Below are positions 59,062 to 64,000 of a stretch of 64,000 bases of DNA, piece by piece. Below the pieces are notes generated by a model. It made no database searches, was not told the origin of the DNA, and was given only the letters and a program-made list of their open reading frames with translations. Position numbers and translations under genes: made by a program. Origin of the DNA: Deltaproteobacteria bacterium TL4 (GTDB lineage Bacteria > SAR324 > NAC60-12); contig JBBCAX010000168.1 in assembly GCA_051382335.1 (NCBI GenBank), positions 11,915 to 75,914 of the forward strand, read 5' to 3'. Each line of letters opens with the position of its first letter. Positions within the stretch are counted from its first letter, which is position 1.

Positions 59062-62000
59062 AAGAATAACAAGTTCTATTAATAATGGCGATTTTTAATT
59101 CATCAGAAAGTTCATTGAAATAAGCGCAATAACCAGCGACACGAACCAGCAGGTATTTATGTTTTTCCGGGTTTTTATAAGCATCCAGTAATATTTCCCG
59201 GCTTAAAATATTGGGTTGGAATTGCATCCCACCCTTTTTGAAATACGCGCTGATGAGTCCCGCCAGGTTTGAGGGGCCGTCTTCACCTTGAAATAAGGCT
59301 GAATCAATGGTGAACGTAACAGTGGTTCCATTGGGGGCGTATTTTACAAAATCAATACCGGCAATGGAATTCAGTGAGGAGACTAAATCCAGCATTTGCA
59401 TTCCATAATGTGGGGCAATGCTATGAGCCAGGGGCACGCCGCTTAATCTTCCTGAAGGCAAGGCGGAGGTCATCGAACCATAAACGATATTGACATTCAG
59501 AGCGTAATATCCCGCGGTATATATTCCGTTTCTGGGACAAGTTTTCACGGATTTCAGCGCGTTAACGTAAATTTGCAGCACCTGATTGACCCAAGCCTGT
59601 GCTTCCGGTGCCGCGTCATTACCAAATTTTGGCACCTTTTTTAAGGCGGTTCTTATTTGTTGATAAGAGTCCCCTTCAAAATTCGCGTCAATCGCGTCGA
59701 TGATCTCATTAATGGTGTACAGTTTTTTCTTATAAACAACTTCATTGAGGGCATATAACGAATCCGCGACATCGGTAACTCCCACGGCTTGGATACCGCT
59801 GCTATTCAAATCAGCACCCCCTTCATACAGATCTTTTCCACTTTTAATACACCCCTCAAACAGAGAGGAGGCGAGAGGTGTCGTGAATTTTTCGCGAAGT
59901 GTTTTTTCAATGTCATGATGCGTGGACAAGACCGAGTTAGCCAATTGATTCATGCGTAATTGATACCGTTCAAGAAGTTCTTCCATACTCTCAGGTGAAT
60001 CATAAAAGTATGAAAATACTTTCCTTTTCAGATTTTTATAGTTCTTGCTAATGATCGGGGTGACACGCTTGGTGAGACGATTATTGAAATGATGATCTAT
60101 GAATTTTGTAGTTATTTTCTCAAGTTGGTAAGAGGAATCATAATTCCACAAATCAAAGTCTTTCCCCTTCAACGCCTGCAGAAAAGGTAAGACAATATTC
60201 ATATTCGCACAATCCGTGTTTCCAAAATGGTCATTTGACGCAACAGGTTCAACACAGCCCACAATGGAATAATTTCTGGCTTGTTGTAATGAAGTGGTGG
60301 GGTAATGCTTTTTTAAGGTCTCAATATAAATCTCATCATTATACAAAGCCGGCATGGGGGCTCCATTAATATAAACCTCCGCAATTCTTTCCAGATATTC
60401 TTTGGGGCTGTGATTATGAATTCTCGCTGTCATATTCGCACCCCGTGGTTGCAGTTCACAAATATCCAGCAGCATATAGGTTACCTCATTAGTCAGATCA
60501 TTTCCCTCTTCATCAACGCCTCCAAACGTCACCGATTGAACGGTGGAAAGGCTTTCAAAAAGTCTTCCAATGCCCAGGTAGGTATCTCCATCATTGACAA
60601 TCACCACTTCGTCAATTTTGAGAATAAAACAGGCCAAGAGTTCTTTCGCTTTTTCATAAGTAAGCAACCCTGCTTCTTGATCCCGTTTGAAGTAGGGATA
60701 TAATATTTTATCCAGTCGTCCAAAGGAGATGGCATTTTCAAAGGACTCGGTACACAGCGCGATTTGTAAAAACAAGATGCTTTGCAAGGCCTCATGAAAT
60801 GTACGAGCGGGATATTTAGGGACGTGTCGGCACACCTCCGCCATTTTTGCCAGTTCCGTGCGGCGTTTTGAATTCTTCTTGGTATTTAGATATTTTAAAA
60901 GTTTATCCGCATAGCGTTCCGCAAAGACTTCCAAGCCTCTGAGTCCGATTAAAGCCCCGTTATAAAAATCTTGATTATTATCAGGCGCTTCTTTTTGCTT
61001 TTCTTTAATTTCCTCAATAATGCCGCTTGTTCCAAGGTTCAGCATCCGTTCGTGGTTCACCACAAAATGCGCGATTGCCGCCTGATTATTATTAAATCCG
61101 ACTTTCAACCTGGACCCCCGTGCCAGCAGTAACACCCAGTCCGCAAAGGAAGGATACATATCCCTGATCAGGCTATGCTTTGCCCAAAAGGGAAAAATGT
61201 TGGTATAAAAATTGACTTTATCCTCCAAAGAACACTTGAAGGGGACAGGGGTTTGAGTATCGATTTGGTGGATAATCGCGATCAGACTGATTCCATAGTA
61301 TTCCTCCCACACATGTCCCGCCACTCTTTGTGCTGTAAAATTTCCCACGATTAACTCTTTTGGATAAATCCAAATTTTTTTATTTTCCAGTAAATACGCC
61401 AGTCGTTCGGTTCTGTGAAGGTGGGGTGATTTCCCAAAACCATGCTTCTTATAAAAATTGGTCTTAAGATTTGCCGTTTCAAAACAAAGGTGACACTCAC
61501 TTTCTCTAATCTCGTTCTGGATCGCATGCACCCGCTTGGTAAAAGTCGCTTTATGTTTGGTAACATCCAATTCCACACAATGGGCCTGAATGCCAAAGGT
61601 TTTGAATAAGTTGGCAGCTCGCTTAACGGCAGCGATACTCTGCTCATTGGTAATATTTAAGGAAGGGCTAAACAATTTTAAACGTTTAATTTTTGCTTCG
61701 TACATGTTGTGATATTTCAACAGTTCAATGGAGTCATGCTTGATTGATTTTAAAAATTCCGCGGTTGCCTTTATATTGCTGCTTTTATTATTGTGTTTGG
61801 GTACAACCACCATGCGAAATTGAATATTGGCATTTAAGGCCACAAGCTTTTGGATATTACTGTGGATTAATTGGCTTTCCTGTTTTTTTAATTTCACATG
61901 AAGTTTATCATCACCAACAACCTTCAAATCAATCAGAAATAAATCGACATACGGCGCAACGGCCTCAATATTTTTCCAAGGCACATGGGCAGCGGTTTCA

Positions 62001-62395
62001 ACAGCGAGATGAATGTTCTCTTGCTTTAACAATTTCAATAAGTGGATGAGACTCGCTGAGTGCTGTAAAAGGGGATCCCCGCCACTCAGTGTTACGCCAC
62101 CATTGCTTGCGACATAGTACTCTTTATCTTTCATCACAACGTCCATGATGCCAGCCTCTGAGTAATCGCAAACCTCCGGGACCTCCTTGCGAAATGATAG
62201 GGCTTCGGGATTTTGACACCATAAGCATCGCAACGCACATCCGGAAAAGAAAATGACAGTACGAATACCAGGGCCATCATGAACACAAGTACGTTGTATT
62301 TTTAAGACTTTAAGTTTTTCAGTGTGGACCTTGGGATATTCGGGAAGATCCGTGTATTCGGTTATGGTTTCACGATAATTATGAGCGGTCTGCAT
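59060..62395 (-). CDS. Radical-SAM GRE activase fused to a glycyl-radical enzyme
   Basis: HDGPGIRT..F.GCALRCLWCQNPE, GGVTLSGGDP; then SFGRLD, IVGCVEP, LLVRVAGYCAYF in one uninterrupted frame; AAAGGAG before ATG 62395. Confidence 0.93.
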   Translation of the reverse strand: MQTAHNYRETITEYTDLPEYPKVHTEKLKVLKIQRTCVHDGPGIRTVIFFSGCALRCLWCQNPEALSFRKEVPEVCDYSEAGIMDVVMKDKEYYVASNGGVTLSGGDPLLQHSASLIHLLKLLKQENIHLAVETAAHVPWKNIEAVAPYVDLFLIDLKVVGDDKLHVKLKKQESQLIHSNIQKLVALNANIQFRMVVVPKHNNKSSNIKATAEFLKSIKHDSIELLKYHNMYEAKIKRLKLFSPSLNITNEQSIAAVKRAANLFKTFGIQAHCVELDVTKHKATFTKRVHAIQNEIRESECHLCFETANLKTNFYKKHGFGKSPHLHRTERLAYLLENKKIWIYPKELIVGNFTAQRVAGHVWEEYYGISLIAIIHQIDTQTPVPFKCSLEDKVNFYTNIFPFWAKHSLIRDMYPSFADWVLLLARGSRLKVGFNNNQAAIAHFVVNHERMLNLGTSGIIEEIKEKQKEAPDNNQDFYNGALIGLRGLEVFAERYADKLLKYLNTKKNSKRRTELAKMAEVCRHVPKYPARTFHEALQSILFLQIALCTESFENAISFGRLDKILYPYFKRDQEAGLLTYEKAKELLACFILKIDEVVIVNDGDTYLGIGRLFESLSTVQSVTFGGVDEEGNDLTNEVTYMLLDICELQPRGANMTARIHNHSPKEYLERIAEVYINGAPMPALYNDEIYIETLKKHYPTTSLQQARNYSIVGCVEPVASNDHFGNTDCANMNIVLPFLQALKGKDFDLWNYDSSYQLEKITTKFIDHHFNNRLTKRVTPIISKNYKNLKRKVFSYFYDSPESMEELLERYQLRMNQLANSVLSTHHDIEKTLREKFTTPLASSLFEGCIKSGKDLYEGGADLNSSGIQAVGVTDVADSLYALNEVVYKKKLYTINEIIDAIDANFEGDSYQQIRTALKKVPKFGNDAAPEAQAWVNQVLQIYVNALKSVKTCPRNGIYTAGYYALNVNIVYGSMTSALPSGRLSGVPLAHSIAPHYGMQMLDLVSSLNSIAGIDFVKYAPNGTTVTFTIDSALFQGEDGPSNLAGLISAYFKKGGMQFQPNILSREILLDAYKNPEKHKYLLVRVAGYCAYFNELSDELKIAIINRTCYS

Positions 62396-62503
62396 AGTTA
62401 CTCCTTTGAATGATGCCACAAGCGCTTTTCATGGAGGCCGTTAACCACCAGAACACGCATTTCGCAAAAATATTTCTTCAGGTTTATCAAATTCCCCATT
62501 TAA

Positions 62504-62527
62504 AATTGGTTGGACCAATATACCAAT
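62504..62527. promoter_or_regulatory. GntR/FadR-subfamily (PdhR/LldR-like) operator candidate
   Basis: AATTGGT-TGG-ACCAATA plus extra half-site TACCAAT, about 110 nt upstream of the fusion gene. Confidence 0.6.
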
Positions 62528-62805
62528 AGTAGCTTGATAAATTTTAAAAAGCAAAGATTTTCTGCGTTATTGGGTTGTGGCACAAATGCCTATTTCGCGA
62601 CAGCGACTACATCCCAGTTAATCACTACAAGGTATTGACACTATAGTTTAATTGTTGTATTTTGCTCATCATAAAATTCAACAGGTTGTCAAAACTTATA
62701 ACCTCTGCAAATAATTCATCCAATAAAAAGGACTATGACGATTCCGTTTAAAAAACGCTCTAGAGGAGAAATATCGGCAAAACGTATAGAGCTAAGCAAA
62801 AAACG

Positions 62806-62966
62806 GGGGTTGGTCACATTTTCGGCCATGTGTCAAAAATTTGATCTTTGAGGTTCCACCTGATTTGTGTTTTATCCCGTAGGGGCAGACCTGTGTGTCT
62901 GCCCAGGATCAGGGCGAACACACAGGTTCGCCCCTACAAATTGTGGCCGAAAATATGACCAACCCC
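62806..62966. mobile_element. MITE with 23-bp TIRs, flanking direct repeat and internal GTAG REP doublet
   Basis: GGGGTTGGTCAcATTTTCGGCCA ... TGGCCGAAAATaTGACCAACCCC; AAAAAAC(G) on both sides; GTAGGGGCAGACC...GGTTCGCCCCTAC inside. Confidence 0.8.
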
Positions 62967-63279
62967 AAAAAACGCAAGACACACATCCAGTCAGTAAAAG
63001 ATGGAAGCTATGAAGAAATTCTTCCTAAAACCTTAGCCCCTTCTTTGTTTTCGTGATTCAAAAGTGATTTTAGAAGAATTTCGAGATGAACAAAAACAAC
63101 ACGATCTTGCTGATGAAACCTCTCAAATACAAAAAAAAAATTCTCAAAAAAGAAGAAATGACTGTATCAACAGCGAAACAGGTTGTCGTCGTAACTTCTA
63201 ACAAAAACCCGAACAAAAAAGATGGGTAAGGTTCATAGGTTACTCCTGATTTATAGTTCATAAAAGAAGAATTCCTTTT

Positions 63280-63516
63280 TATTTTAGAGTGACGGAACAT
63301 CTAGCAAAGTGCGCTTTCTGAGTATTTTCCAAGACTTGACCTCGAAAATTTAGCCCAGCAAACGGAATTGTTTAGCGCAATAGCCAAGCAGCAAAACGAA
63401 AGCCAAAACTTTTGAGCATTGGACAGTTTGGCCGATGGAGAATGCTCTTGAAGGACTTGAACTATTTCATCGATAAAAGCTTTGATAAAGGGCAGCGGTT
63501 CATCAATTAACATCAT
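63280..63516 (-). pseudogene. DDE transposase N-terminal fragment (IS701/IS4-like) with nonsense codon
   Basis: MLIDEPLPFIKAF...WLSFC...NSVCWAKF.R.SLGKYS..ALC*MFRHSKI: TAG at a likely Trp position, then truncation. Confidence 0.6.
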
Positions 63517-63614
63517 CCATCTCACCTAAGGTAGCAATAATTCTCTGAAACAATGTAAGCCAATCTATATCACTTCTGAAAATCATTCAAATTCAAAAAA
63601 CTTGATCATCAAGT

Positions 63615-63872
63615 TTAAGGTTTGTAAAAATTAAGCGAGGGGATCGAGAATAAATATCCTTGCGAATAGTGAATTCCTATGGCTTCAAGAACATCTTGAA
63701 TGGGTTGACTTTCAACATATTCCGCAATCACCTCCGCGCCTATGCGTTGTCCAAGGTCGAATACATTTTCAACGATGATACGACAATTTTTTTCGGTAGG
63801 TAAGTGTCTGATAAAACAGGCGTCAATTTTGATATAATCGGGTTCAAAGTCCAAGAGTCTGCTAATATTGGA
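63615..63872 (-). pseudogene. EAL phosphodiesterase C-terminal fragment
   Basis: SNISRL...PDYIKID, VIAEYVE, QGYLFS; the upstream DDFG motif is absent. Confidence 0.72.
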
Positions 63873-64000
63873 CGGGCGCATTCCCATTTTCCGGGTCATG
63901 CGTTTTCGATCCGAGGATCCTTTACTGATGACATAGTTTCCAAATGTTGATATCTTCCCTCCAGGAATTAATTGGATTTAATAGTTTTACGGAGGAATGA

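Noticed and set aside
43086..62395. Calling either GRE pyruvate formate-lyase or class III ribonucleotide reductase
   Set aside because: Single-Cys GCVEP loop rather than the PFL Cys-Cys loop; no NrdD Zn-binding CxxC pairs or ATP cone seen

Overview
Bacterial chromosomal window of moderate to low GC. The gene content (PurS-fused PurL, MqnP, 7TM-DISM sensors) suggests a deltaproteobacterium-like organism, but this is inference only. About 55 CDS are present, mostly housekeeping: ppk1 (5'-truncated), amtB, two P1B ATPases, a rne-selA-rfbD-wzm-wzt-epimerase-cytochrome c run, xseB, purL/purQ, ybeY, rsmH, rsgA, mqnP and parA. Also present are signalling proteins, several REP/MITE-like palindromes and decayed IS fragments. 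I found no rRNA, tRNA or CRISPR array. Highlights: (1) two unusual glycyl-radical enzymes (GREs), one fused in a single ORF to its radical-SAM activase and one with an N-terminal SCP2-like domain and no adjacent activase, which may work as a pair; (2) an intact but catalytically stripped heme-copper-oxidase subunit I + III pair with no subunit II; (3) an Rpn nuclease with an internal SD+ATG matching the intragenic antitoxin arrangement; (4) a switch-like RNA structure over the rne start codon; (5) a double hybrid kinase whose last receiver lies in the -1 frame behind a G_GGT_TTT heptamer. All family calls are by-eye motif recognition; no database search was run.
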